DNA of 64,000 nucleotides from Paracoccaceae bacterium (GTDB lineage Bacteria > Pseudomonadota > Alphaproteobacteria > Rhodobacterales > Rhodobacteraceae). Location of the stretch: positions 1,307 to 65,306 of the forward strand of contig JBATPI010000184.1 in the NCBI GenBank assembly GCA_049291415.1, given 5' to 3'. The notes beneath the pieces are model-generated. The model worked only from the letters and a program-made list of their open reading frames with translations, did not search any database and was not told the origin of the DNA. The stretch's first letter is position 1. Each line of letters opens with the position of its first letter. The position numbers were made by a program, and so were the translations under genes. Positions 38,573 to 46,736 of this stretch are shown one piece after another.

Positions 38573-39283
38573 ATGGATGCGGCAGGATATACCGCGCTGG
38601 GCCGACAATCCGGCCTGATGCGAGAGATGCAGCTGGTGGCGAACAACATCGCCAATATCTCGACCACGGGTTTCCGGCGTGAGGGCATGGTCTTTGCCGA
38701 ACATGTCGCCGCGATGCAGGATGAGCCGTCCTTGTCGATGGCGCATGGTACCGGCCGCGTGGTTGACCTGTCGCAGGCGGGGCTGTCGATGACCGGCGCG
38801 GCCTTTGATTTCGCCATTCAGGGCGATGGTTTCTTCATGATTGAAACCCCGCAGGGCAACCGGCTGACCCGGGCTGGCAGCTTTACCCCCTCGGACAGCG
38901 GTGAGTTGGTGAATGGCGACGGCCTGCGTCTTTTGGATGCCGGGGGCGCGCCGGTCTTTGTACCGCCGGATGCCGGGGCGATCAGCCTGTCTGAAGATGG
39001 CACGATGTCGGCCAAGGGTGTCCCCCTGGCGCAGATCGGGCTGTGGATGCCGGCAGACCCGCTGACCCTGCGCCATCAGTCGGGCACCCTTTTTGACGCC
39101 GGTCCTCTGGAACCGGCGGCGGGTGCCAAGATGTTTCAGGGCTTTCTTGAGGAAAGCAACGTGAACCCGGTCTCTGAAATTGCCCGCATGATCGAGGTTC
39201 AGCGCGCCTATGAACTGGGCCAGAAATTCATGGAGGCTGAAGATGGCCGAATGCGTGGCGTCATCGAAACCCTCGGACGATAA
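38573..39283 (+). CDS. flgF: Flagellar basal-body rod protein FlgF
   Basis: 236 aa. N-terminal ..MQLVANNIANISTTGFRRE and C-terminal ..GFLEESNVNPVSEIARMIEVQRAYE. Confidence 0.85.
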   Translation: MDAAGYTALGRQSGLMREMQLVANNIANISTTGFRREGMVFAEHVAAMQDEPSLSMAHGTGRVVDLSQAGLSMTGAAFDFAIQGDGFFMIETPQGNRLTRAGSFTPSDSGELVNGDGLRLLDAGGAPVFVPPDAGAISLSEDGTMSAKGVPLAQIGLWMPADPLTLRHQSGTLFDAGPLEPAAGAKMFQGFLEESNVNPVSEIARMIEVQRAYELGQKFMEAEDGRMRGVIETLGR

Positions 39284-39292
39284 GGACATCAG

Positions 39293-40078
39293 ATGAAAGC
39301 GCTTCAGATTGCCGCAACTGGCATGGCTGCCCAGCAGATGAAGGTTGATGTGGTGTCGAACAACCTCGCCAACATGTCGACCACTGGCTACAACGCCCGC
39401 CGCGCCGATTTCGCCGATCTCCATTATCAGCAGATGGCGCGCCCCGGAACGATTTCGGCCGCAGACGGAACCATGCTGCCCACCGGCATCCAGATCGGTC
39501 TGGGCGTGCGTCCGGCGTCGGTGTCGGTTGTGGTGGCGCAAGGCACCCTTAGCGCGACCAACGGAGATCTGGATCTGGCGATCGAAGGACATGGCTATCT
39601 TGAAGTGACGATGCCCTCTGGCGGATCGGGCTATACCCGCGACGGCGCGTTGAAGCGGTCGCCCGACGGGCTGATCGTGACGGCGGATGGCTTTCCTGTC
39701 GTGCCCGGAATCACCATTCCGTCCGATACCCGCAGCCTGGCGATCAATGCCTCGGGCGAAGTTTATGCCTATTTCGAAGGTACGGTTGAACCGCAACTGC
39801 TGGGCCAACTGACCCTGACCGATTTCACCAATGAAAAGGGACTTGAGGCTGTCGGGTCAAACCTCTTTCTTGAAACTCCGGCCTCTGGCCCGCCGCTGAC
39901 CGGCGCTCCGGGCATAGATGGAATGGGCACTCTGCGGCAGGGCTATCTTGAGGAAAGCTCGGTTGACGCAGTGCGTGAGGTGACAGAGTTGATCAAGGCC
40001 CAGCGCGGGTATGAGTTGAACGCAAAGGTCATCACCGCCGCCGACCAGATGCTCGCCGCAACCACGCAGGTGCGCTGA
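39293..40078 (+). CDS. flgG: Flagellar distal rod protein FlgG
   Basis: 261 aa. MKALQIAATGMAAQQMKVDVVSNNLANMSTTGY.. and ..GYLEESSVDAVREVTELIKAQRGYELNAKVI. Confidence 0.95.
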   Translation: MKALQIAATGMAAQQMKVDVVSNNLANMSTTGYNARRADFADLHYQQMARPGTISAADGTMLPTGIQIGLGVRPASVSVVVAQGTLSATNGDLDLAIEGHGYLEVTMPSGGSGYTRDGALKRSPDGLIVTADGFPVVPGITIPSDTRSLAINASGEVYAYFEGTVEPQLLGQLTLTDFTNEKGLEAVGSNLFLETPASGPPLTGAPGIDGMGTLRQGYLEESSVDAVREVTELIKAQRGYELNAKVITAADQMLAATTQVR

Positions 40079-40503
40079 TGTGGCGCAAGATTGGCCTGGT
40101 TCTGGCACTATCCCCCACTGTTGCCACTGCCGACAGCGTCGTGGCCATGCGCACATTGCCCGCTCGCAGCATTATCGCTGCCGCCGATCTGACCCTGGTT
40201 GAGGCAGAGATTGAAGGTGCCTTGACCCGGATTGACCCCGCTGTCGGGCAAGAGGTCAAAACCACCATCTACGCCGGGCGTCCGTTGCGCCAGAACGATC
40301 TGGTCTCTCCCACCCTGGTCGAGCGGAACCAGATCGTCAGCCTCGTCTATATCTCGGGCACACTTGTCATTCACGCTGAAGGTCGGGCGCTGGCCCGCGC
40401 GGCCGAGGGCGACATGGTCCGCGTCATGAATCTTGCCTCAAAAACCACCATTTCGGGCCAGGTGGCGCCCGATGGCCGTATCCTTGTCGGAGACCAGAAT
40501 TGA
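40078..40503 (+). CDS. flgA: Flagellar P-ring assembly chaperone FlgA
   Basis: 141 aa with a signal-like N-terminus. SAF-domain pattern ..TLPARSIIAAADL.. and ..GDMVRVMNLASKTTISGQV. Confidence 0.8.
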   Translation: MWRKIGLVLALSPTVATADSVVAMRTLPARSIIAAADLTLVEAEIEGALTRIDPAVGQEVKTTIYAGRPLRQNDLVSPTLVERNQIVSLVYISGTLVIHAEGRALARAAEGDMVRVMNLASKTTISGQVAPDGRILVGDQN

Positions 40504-41228
40504 CCCGTTTTCACGCCTTTCTTACCTTTTCGCTGTTGCTGCCCGCCTGTGGTGATCTCAGCCAAGTCGGGCGTGCGCCCGAATTCACCCCGCTGGAAGG
40601 TAGTTTTGAGCATCACTCGCTTTATACCGGCGCCATGCCGCAAAACGCGGATCCGGATTCGCCCACCGATGCCTCGTCGTTATGGACGGGTGAGACCAAC
40701 TCGCTTTTGGGTGACCGGCGTGCTGCACAGCGGGGCGATATCATGACCGTAGTGATTGAAATCAATGACAAGGCGGAAATCTCAAACACTTCGGGGCGCA
40801 CCCGGAGCGGGTCGCAAAGCATGGGCATTCCCTCGCTTTTCGGCATACCTCAGCGCCTGGATGCGTCTCTGCCAGAGGGTGCCAGCATGGCCGATGCCGT
40901 TGACACCTCATCGAAATCCACTTTCAGCGGCAATGGCAGCGTGTCGCGAAAAGAAAAGCTGACCCTGCGCGTGGCCGCCACGGTGGTTGAAAAGTTGCCC
41001 AACGGTGTCTTGCGAATCGAAGGAAAACAGGAAGTGCGGGTGAATTTCGAGATGCGCGAATTGACGGTCACCGGCTATGTCCGACCTGCTGACATCTCAC
41101 GTCAGAACGAGATCACCTATGACAAGATCGCCGGCGCCCAGATTTCCTACGGCGGCCGCGGCCAGATTTCTGAGGTGCAGCAGCCCCGCTACGGCCAGCA
41201 GATCTCTGACATCGTCATGCCGTTCTGA
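40500..41228 (+). CDS. flgH: Flagellar L-ring lipoprotein FlgH
   Basis: 242 aa with a TTG start. Lipobox LLLPAC. ..SLWTGETNSLLGDRRAAQRGDIMTVVI.. and ..ISYGGRGQISEVQQPRYGQQ. Confidence 0.9.
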   Translation: MTRFHAFLTFSLLLPACGDLSQVGRAPEFTPLEGSFEHHSLYTGAMPQNADPDSPTDASSLWTGETNSLLGDRRAAQRGDIMTVVIEINDKAEISNTSGRTRSGSQSMGIPSLFGIPQRLDASLPEGASMADAVDTSSKSTFSGNGSVSRKEKLTLRVAATVVEKLPNGVLRIEGKQEVRVNFEMRELTVTGYVRPADISRQNEITYDKIAGAQISYGGRGQISEVQQPRYGQQISDIVMPF

Positions 41229-41230
41229 AC

Positions 41231-41698
41231 ATGATGGGCAAACTTATCCCGATTGTTTTAGCTCTGATCGGCCTTGGTGCCGGGTTGGGGGCAGGAGTGT
41301 TCCTTCGGCCGCCGCCGGAAAACCCGGTCGAAGCTGAAACGGCCAAAGAGCATGTCGCCGAAGATCCCCAAACCCATTCAGACTATGTAAAGCTGAACAA
41401 CCAGTTCGTTGTCCCGATTGTCGAAGGCGGGCGAGTTGCATCCATGGTGGTTTTGTCGCTCAGCCTTGAGGTCAAGAGCGGCAATACCGAAACCGTCTAT
41501 TCCCGAGAGCCAAAGATCCGGGACGCATTTCTGCAGGTTCTGTTCGATCATGCGAACAGCGGCGGCTTCCGCGGCTCGTTTACCGATGGATCGAACCTGA
41601 TTCTGCTGCGGCGGGCGTTAAAGGAAAAGGCCACGATGGTTCTGGGCGACATCGTCACCGATGTTCTGATTACCGAGATTGCCCGTCAAGACAGCTGA
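41231..41698 (+). CDS. fliL: FliL-family flagellar basal-body-associated protein (paralog 1)
   Basis: 155 aa with a single N-terminal TM segment. ..YVKLNNQFVVPIVEGGRVASMVVLSLSLEV.. fits the FliL pattern. Confidence 0.7.
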   Translation: MMGKLIPIVLALIGLGAGLGAGVFLRPPPENPVEAETAKEHVAEDPQTHSDYVKLNNQFVVPIVEGGRVASMVVLSLSLEVKSGNTETVYSREPKIRDAFLQVLFDHANSGGFRGSFTDGSNLILLRRALKEKATMVLGDIVTDVLITEIARQDS

Positions 41699-42036
41699 CC
41701 TTTGCGTCGGATATCTGCAATTCGGTTCAGCGCCTGTTGGCGTCCAAATGCCTGGCGGGTTTCGTCAGCAGCCTGCAGACACACGACGGTTTGCGCCGCC
41801 AGTCGCAGGTTTATCTCGGCCCGCCTTCCTGCTGCCCATTGCTCATAGGCGAAGCGGGTCATTTCCGGCGCGGGCCATGGCAGATCTGCTCCATTGGACC
41901 CGGCCTCCAGGTCGCTGAGCTGCTTCAGCAATGCTGCACGGTCGTCATTTGCCCGACGCAACACTTGAGAGCGGGAATCCATGACCAATGCGGCTATGTC
42001 CTGCAAGCGGTGCATGCGTTCTTTATCCTGACTCAT
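41686..42036 (-). CDS. Hypothetical 116-aa coiled-coil protein downstream of flhB (FliJ-like position; function unknown)
   Basis: A 4-nt overlap links it to the flhB stop. It is helical and Arg/Ala/Gln-rich. Its 3' end overlaps the convergent fliL 3' end by 13 nt. Confidence 0.45.
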   Translation of the reverse strand: MSQDKERMHRLQDIAALVMDSRSQVLRRANDDRAALLKQLSDLEAGSNGADLPWPAPEMTRFAYEQWAAGRRAEINLRLAAQTVVCLQAADETRQAFGRQQALNRIADIRRKGQLS

Positions 42037-43115
42037 CTGCGGCGTGCCTTTTTGCGCATTGTATCAGAAAAGCGTATGGCGGCGGCCACCGCGGCGTAAT
42101 GTTCGGGCCGGATGTCGCGACCGATCTCGACGGTCGCAAACAGTGCTCGCGCGGTGGGCGGATCGCGTCGGATCGGCACGCCAGCCTCGGCAGCGCGTTC
42201 ACGGATGCGAGCGGCGATTTCATCGGTGCCCTTGGCCACACAGCGCGGTACATTGCCTTTGCCGCGATCCCAGGTCAGGGCGACAGCATAGTGGGTGGGA
42301 TTCACGATGATCACATCGGCCTTGGGCACATCCGTTAGCATTCGGTTCGTGGCGATCTCTTGCGCCCTGCGCCGACGATTCGCCTTCATGTGCGGGTCGC
42401 CTTCGCTTTCCTTGGATTCGTCCACCATCTCTTTGCGGGTCATTCGATTGCGCCGGGCAAATTCAGACTTTTGCCACAGAAAGTCGACCAGTCCGAAGAC
42501 GATGGCGATCATCAGGATAAGCTTCAGAAATCCAACGATATGCCCCGCCAAAAGCAAGATGATCTGCCCTGGCTGCATCCGGGCGGACATCAGGATGTCT
42601 TCTACATCGCCATAGAGATACGCCGTAAGTAGTGCTGAGACGGCCATCATCTTGGCAAATCGCTTAAGGAATTCGACCAATCCGGAACGCCCGAACTTTT
42701 GACCGGCATTCGAAACCAACGACAGTCGCGACAGCTTGAACGCCAGCTTTGATGGCGCAAAGACCAGAGATTTTGTGCCGACCAAATAGACTATCACCAA
42801 CACCGCCGGACCAATCAGCAACAGCATGAGCGGCGCTGCCATCTGCACCGACAGGCCGGCGATTTGCGCCGTTGCGCCCTGACGAAAGATCTGCGCAATA
42901 CGCTCGGGCTGGTCCAGAAACACCATTCCAGCGCGACCGGCCACACCGATGGCCCAGCCACCAAACATTAACAGAGCCAGCAAAAAGCCGGCATAGCTGA
43001 TTGAGGTCTGCAAGTCCTCCGACCGGGCAATGTCGCCCTTTTCGCGAGCCTGCGCCAGTTTGCGTTCGGACGGCTCGTATTCCTTTTCAGCATCATCCTC
43101 ACCTGCACCCGACAT
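42033..43115 (-). CDS. flhB: Flagellar export apparatus protein FlhB
   Basis: Start set at ATG 43115 (MSGAGEDDAEKEYEPSERKLAQAREKGDIARSEDL). 360 aa with autocleavage-region motif ..VIIVNPTHYAVAL. Confidence 0.9.
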   Translation of the reverse strand: MSGAGEDDAEKEYEPSERKLAQAREKGDIARSEDLQTSISYAGFLLALLMFGGWAIGVAGRAGMVFLDQPERIAQIFRQGATAQIAGLSVQMAAPLMLLLIGPAVLVIVYLVGTKSLVFAPSKLAFKLSRLSLVSNAGQKFGRSGLVEFLKRFAKMMAVSALLTAYLYGDVEDILMSARMQPGQIILLLAGHIVGFLKLILMIAIVFGLVDFLWQKSEFARRNRMTRKEMVDESKESEGDPHMKANRRRRAQEIATNRMLTDVPKADVIIVNPTHYAVALTWDRGKGNVPRCVAKGTDEIAARIRERAAEAGVPIRRDPPTARALFATVEIGRDIRPEHYAAVAAAIRFSDTMRKKARRR

Positions 43116-43117
43116 CG

Positions 43118-43888
43118 TCAGCCCCCGAAGGGACGATCGAGGGCAAGGTTCAGGGCCTCGCGCCAGATGGACAGGATCAAGGGGGCGGCCACTGTCAGCA
43201 GCATGAGGCCGCCCAGGGTCAGCGCGGGAGCGCCGATCATCGTGACCATCAGCTGTGGCATGGCGCGATTGATCGCGCCCAGGGCCAGATTGTAGAGCAG
43301 CGCCGCCAGAACAAAGGGTGCGGCCAGCGAAAAGGCCATACTGAACGCGGCCGAAATGCGGCCAAGACCCCACTCAGCCAGATCGGCCGGTGACGGCAGT
43401 TGCCCCTGCGGGATGAAATCATAGGATAGGATCAGCAATCCTGCGGACCGCCCCAGTCCGTCAAGCGTCACAAACAACGCAAGACCTGCCAGAACAAAAA
43501 GGTTGGCGACAATCGGTTGCGGTTCGGGGCCGGTGCCGGCAAACATTTGCGAAAGCGATGTGGATTGCGCCGCGATTGTGCCTGCGGTTTGCAGACCCAA
43601 GATCAGCAAACGCAAGCCCAACCCGATGACCAGACCGGCAGCCGCCTCGGTCGCCAGTGGCCCCAACAACCCGGGTGGCATCGGCGATCGCCCGGCAACG
43701 GTTGGTGCGACAATCGCGGTCAGCGCAACGGTTGCCGCTAGTTTCACCCGTTGCGGCACCATCTGCTCTCCGACCGCCGGCAAAAGAGCAACTGCCGCGC
43801 CAACCCGTAAGAAAACCAGTGCCGCCTGCCAGATGAACCCCTCAGCCAAGCCAGAAACCTGGGCCAGCGCTGCAAAAACCTGGTTCAC
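43118..43888 (-). CDS. fliR: Flagellar export apparatus protein FliR
   Basis: 256 aa, polytopic. Positioned between flhA and flhB. Confidence 0.85.
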   Translation of the reverse strand: MNQVFAALAQVSGLAEGFIWQAALVFLRVGAAVALLPAVGEQMVPQRVKLAATVALTAIVAPTVAGRSPMPPGLLGPLATEAAAGLVIGLGLRLLILGLQTAGTIAAQSTSLSQMFAGTGPEPQPIVANLFVLAGLALFVTLDGLGRSAGLLILSYDFIPQGQLPSPADLAEWGLGRISAAFSMAFSLAAPFVLAALLYNLALGAINRAMPQLMVTMIGAPALTLGGLMLLTVAAPLILSIWREALNLALDRPFGG

Positions 43889-45975
43889 GCCGCCACCTGC
43901 CCCAAGAGTGCGGGTCGCACCTCCAGCCCGATCTCCTCATACGAGAGGACCGGAGCCTGAATACCCTTGGCCTGCACCACGGTGCGTAGGAAACGGCGTC
44001 GCGCTGCCGAAGTGACAATGGCCGGATGCGACCCTGACTCAATTGCGCGGTTCAGCCGTTCGGCTATCCCATTGGCCAGCTTTGCAAATAGATCCGGTGG
44101 CAGGGCTACATCACGATTGCTGCGATCGCCGTCCATCTGATGGTTGGCAAAGGTCCGTTCCCAATCGGGGGCCAGCTGGATCAACGGGATCGACCCATCG
44201 GCGCGCTTGTATTCGGCGACGATCTGAAAGCCCAACCGCTGACGGACGTATTCACAGACCGCTTCGGCCCCACCCAGAGATCGCGCCTCGGCCACGGCCT
44301 CCAGGATCAGCGGCAGGTTGCGGATCGACACCCGCTCATCCAGAAGCATCCGCAAGACTGAATGCAGCAGGTCCATCGGCACTTTGTCGGGCACCAGATC
44401 ATCCAGCAAACGGCGATTTGCTTCGGATCGGGTCTGGTCGGACAGATTGGTGAACTCATCCAGCAAACGGCGCAATCCGCGCAGGGACAACAGCCGGGCG
44501 AGATTGTTTTTCAGCACTTCCAGCAGGTGGGTTGCCAACACTTCAGCCGGAGAAACCACGGTCAACCCAGCTAGAACGGCATCTTCTTGCATGTCTGGGC
44601 GGATCCATCGTGCGGGCGCACCATAGACCGGCTCTTTCACATCCTCACCATCGGGCGCGGGAATCCCGTCAGACATCAGAACCAGAACCCTGTCGGGCAT
44701 CAGCCGATCGCTGACCCGCTCAACTCCCTGAATACGGATTCGGTAACTTCCCGGCCGCAATGCCGCCTCATCCGTTAGCCGAATTTCGGGCAGGATCAAA
44801 CCGAAAACAGCCGCAATGTGGTTGCGCATATTGGAGATGCGACCGTCCAGGCCCGTCGCGGGGTCCAACGCCATGGCCACCAGATTGGGCGCAAATTCGA
44901 TGTGGATTTCATCGAAATCAAGAACATCGCCGATGTGGCGACGGACCTGCTCGACCACGGGTTTGCCGTCCGTAATATCTGTCTGGGGTTTGACGCGTGC
45001 ACCCATCCAGGCCGCAGTTCCCAGACCACCCGCCGCGGCAATGAACGGCAAAAACGGCATGCCTGGCACAACGGCAAACAGGGCCATCAGTGCTGCCACC
45101 GTCGCCAATGCAGCTGGATATCGACCCAGTTGTGCAAAGAAAGATACATCTGCCGCGCCCTTAGCTCCGCCGCGTGACAGCAAAAGCGCCGCTGCGACAG
45201 AGATGACGACGCCAGGTATCTGGCTAACCAGACCGTCGCCGACGGTCAGGATGGAATAGGTCTGAAAAGCGCGTGCGATGTCCATGTCATGAAGGAAGAC
45301 GCCCACCCCAAGCCCGACGATCAGGTTCAAGGCGGTGATCAAAAGGCCGGCAACCGCGTCGCCCTTGACGAATTTCGACGCGCCATCCAAAGAGCCGAAA
45401 AAGTTGGTTTCAGCCAGTTCGATTTCGCGCCGACGTTTGGCTTCTTCATGTGTGATCGCGCCGGCGGACATATCACTGTCAATTGCCAGCTGTCGGCCCG
45501 GCATCCCGTCCAGCGCAAAGCGGGCGCCCACTTCAGCCATGCGACCCGCGCCTTTGGTGATCACAATAAAATTCACGATCAACAGGACGACAAAAATTAC
45601 CAGCCCCAAGACAAGGTTGCCGTCCATGATGAAATCGGCAAAGCCGGCAATCACGTGGCCGGCAGCGTTGGTGCCGGTATGGCCCTGACCAATGATCAGC
45701 TTGGTCGAAGAGACGTTCAGGGACAACCGCAGCATCAAAGAGGCCAGCAAAATTGTCGGGAAGGCCGAAAAATCAAGAGGCCGCTCGATGAACAGGGTCA
45801 CCGTCAACATCAGGATTGCCAGTGCGAATGACAGTGCCAGCCCGATGTCCAGTACTGCCGCTGGAACCGGCATCACCATCATTCCGATCACGGCCATCAG
45901 GGCCAGGGCCAAAAGAACGGTGGGGCGAAAGACCTCCTTGATCGTCAAACGAGGCGGCATTTCACGGCCCTCCAA
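43885..45975 (-). CDS. flhA: Flagellar export apparatus protein FlhA
   Basis: 696 aa. ..FPTILLASLMLRLSLNVSSTKLIIGQGH.. plus the conserved FHIPEP region and a cytoplasmic C-domain. Confidence 0.95.
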   Translation of the reverse strand: MEGREMPPRLTIKEVFRPTVLLALALMAVIGMMVMPVPAAVLDIGLALSFALAILMLTVTLFIERPLDFSAFPTILLASLMLRLSLNVSSTKLIIGQGHTGTNAAGHVIAGFADFIMDGNLVLGLVIFVVLLIVNFIVITKGAGRMAEVGARFALDGMPGRQLAIDSDMSAGAITHEEAKRRREIELAETNFFGSLDGASKFVKGDAVAGLLITALNLIVGLGVGVFLHDMDIARAFQTYSILTVGDGLVSQIPGVVISVAAALLLSRGGAKGAADVSFFAQLGRYPAALATVAALMALFAVVPGMPFLPFIAAAGGLGTAAWMGARVKPQTDITDGKPVVEQVRRHIGDVLDFDEIHIEFAPNLVAMALDPATGLDGRISNMRNHIAAVFGLILPEIRLTDEAALRPGSYRIRIQGVERVSDRLMPDRVLVLMSDGIPAPDGEDVKEPVYGAPARWIRPDMQEDAVLAGLTVVSPAEVLATHLLEVLKNNLARLLSLRGLRRLLDEFTNLSDQTRSEANRRLLDDLVPDKVPMDLLHSVLRMLLDERVSIRNLPLILEAVAEARSLGGAEAVCEYVRQRLGFQIVAEYKRADGSIPLIQLAPDWERTFANHQMDGDRSNRDVALPPDLFAKLANGIAERLNRAIESGSHPAIVTSAARRRFLRTVVQAKGIQAPVLSYEEIGLEVRPALLGQVAA

Positions 45976-46669
45976 TTAACGGATGCCGGGCGGTCGACAG
46001 AGCAACCAGCGATCCGGCCGACCGCTTGCCGCTAGACTGCAGCAAGGGGAATGCGTTTGAACGGGTAACTGTTTTCGGCGTCTGAACGGGGCTGGATTTG
46101 TCCTGCAGTGCCGCGTAAATCGGTTCAAATTTGGCAAGATAGCGATCGGCAACATCTGGTGTGCCTGAATGGTAGGCGCCCGCTGCAGCCACCCAATCGT
46201 CCGACTCGCCGGCCAAGCGCCGCACCAGGCTTGCAGCGTAAAGCGCATTCGCCAGCGGATCGAACATCTGCTCCAGAGATGAAAAAGCCGCGCCGTGCCA
46301 GCGATAGTTCAGCTGAAAACAGCCCACGTCGATGTTGGTGGTACCGGTAGCGACGGCGTCTGTCAGATAGACAAGGGCCGTTTGCCGATCCGGAAGCCAA
46401 TGGCTGTCACCAGCCTCATTCAACGCCCAAGGCCAGGGTTGCAAATGGCCATCCAGCTTTCGGCCGGTTTCCGTCAGGGTCAGCGCGATCAGTACCTTCA
46501 ACGGAACGCCGGTCTGACGAGAGGCCTCTTTCGCAGCTTGAAAACAAAGATCCGGCTCTGTTCCGGGTGCCAGTATCCGCGCCTCGGCCGAGCCGCAAAC
46601 TAAGGGCCAAGCAAATCCAAGCACAATTGGTAGCATTCTGCTAAAAGTCATTCCGGTTCCGAATGGCAA
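45962..46669 (-). CDS. Lytic transglycosylase (SLT-domain) protein of the flagellar cluster
   Basis: 235 aa with a signal peptide. ..LIALTLTETGR..PWPWALNEAG.. and ..TNIDVGCFQLNYRWHG.. fit the transglycosylase pattern. The start is ambiguous (46669 or ATG 46651). Confidence 0.7.
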   Translation of the reverse strand: MPFGTGMTFSRMLPIVLGFAWPLVCGSAEARILAPGTEPDLCFQAAKEASRQTGVPLKVLIALTLTETGRKLDGHLQPWPWALNEAGDSHWLPDRQTALVYLTDAVATGTTNIDVGCFQLNYRWHGAAFSSLEQMFDPLANALYAASLVRRLAGESDDWVAAAGAYHSGTPDVADRYLAKFEPIYAALQDKSSPVQTPKTVTRSNAFPLLQSSGKRSAGSLVALSTARHPLIGGP

Positions 46670-46736
46670 GGCTTCTGCCGTGCTGGTGAATTACCTCTTC
46701 ATTTAGCCAGCAGTCGGTTTCGAAATGGTTACGAAG

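Noticed and set aside
38513-39808. 431-aa minus-strand ORF across flgF/flgG
   Set aside because: It is a shadow of two strongly supported rod-protein genes, with the Arg/His/Gly-rich composition typical of antisense frames.
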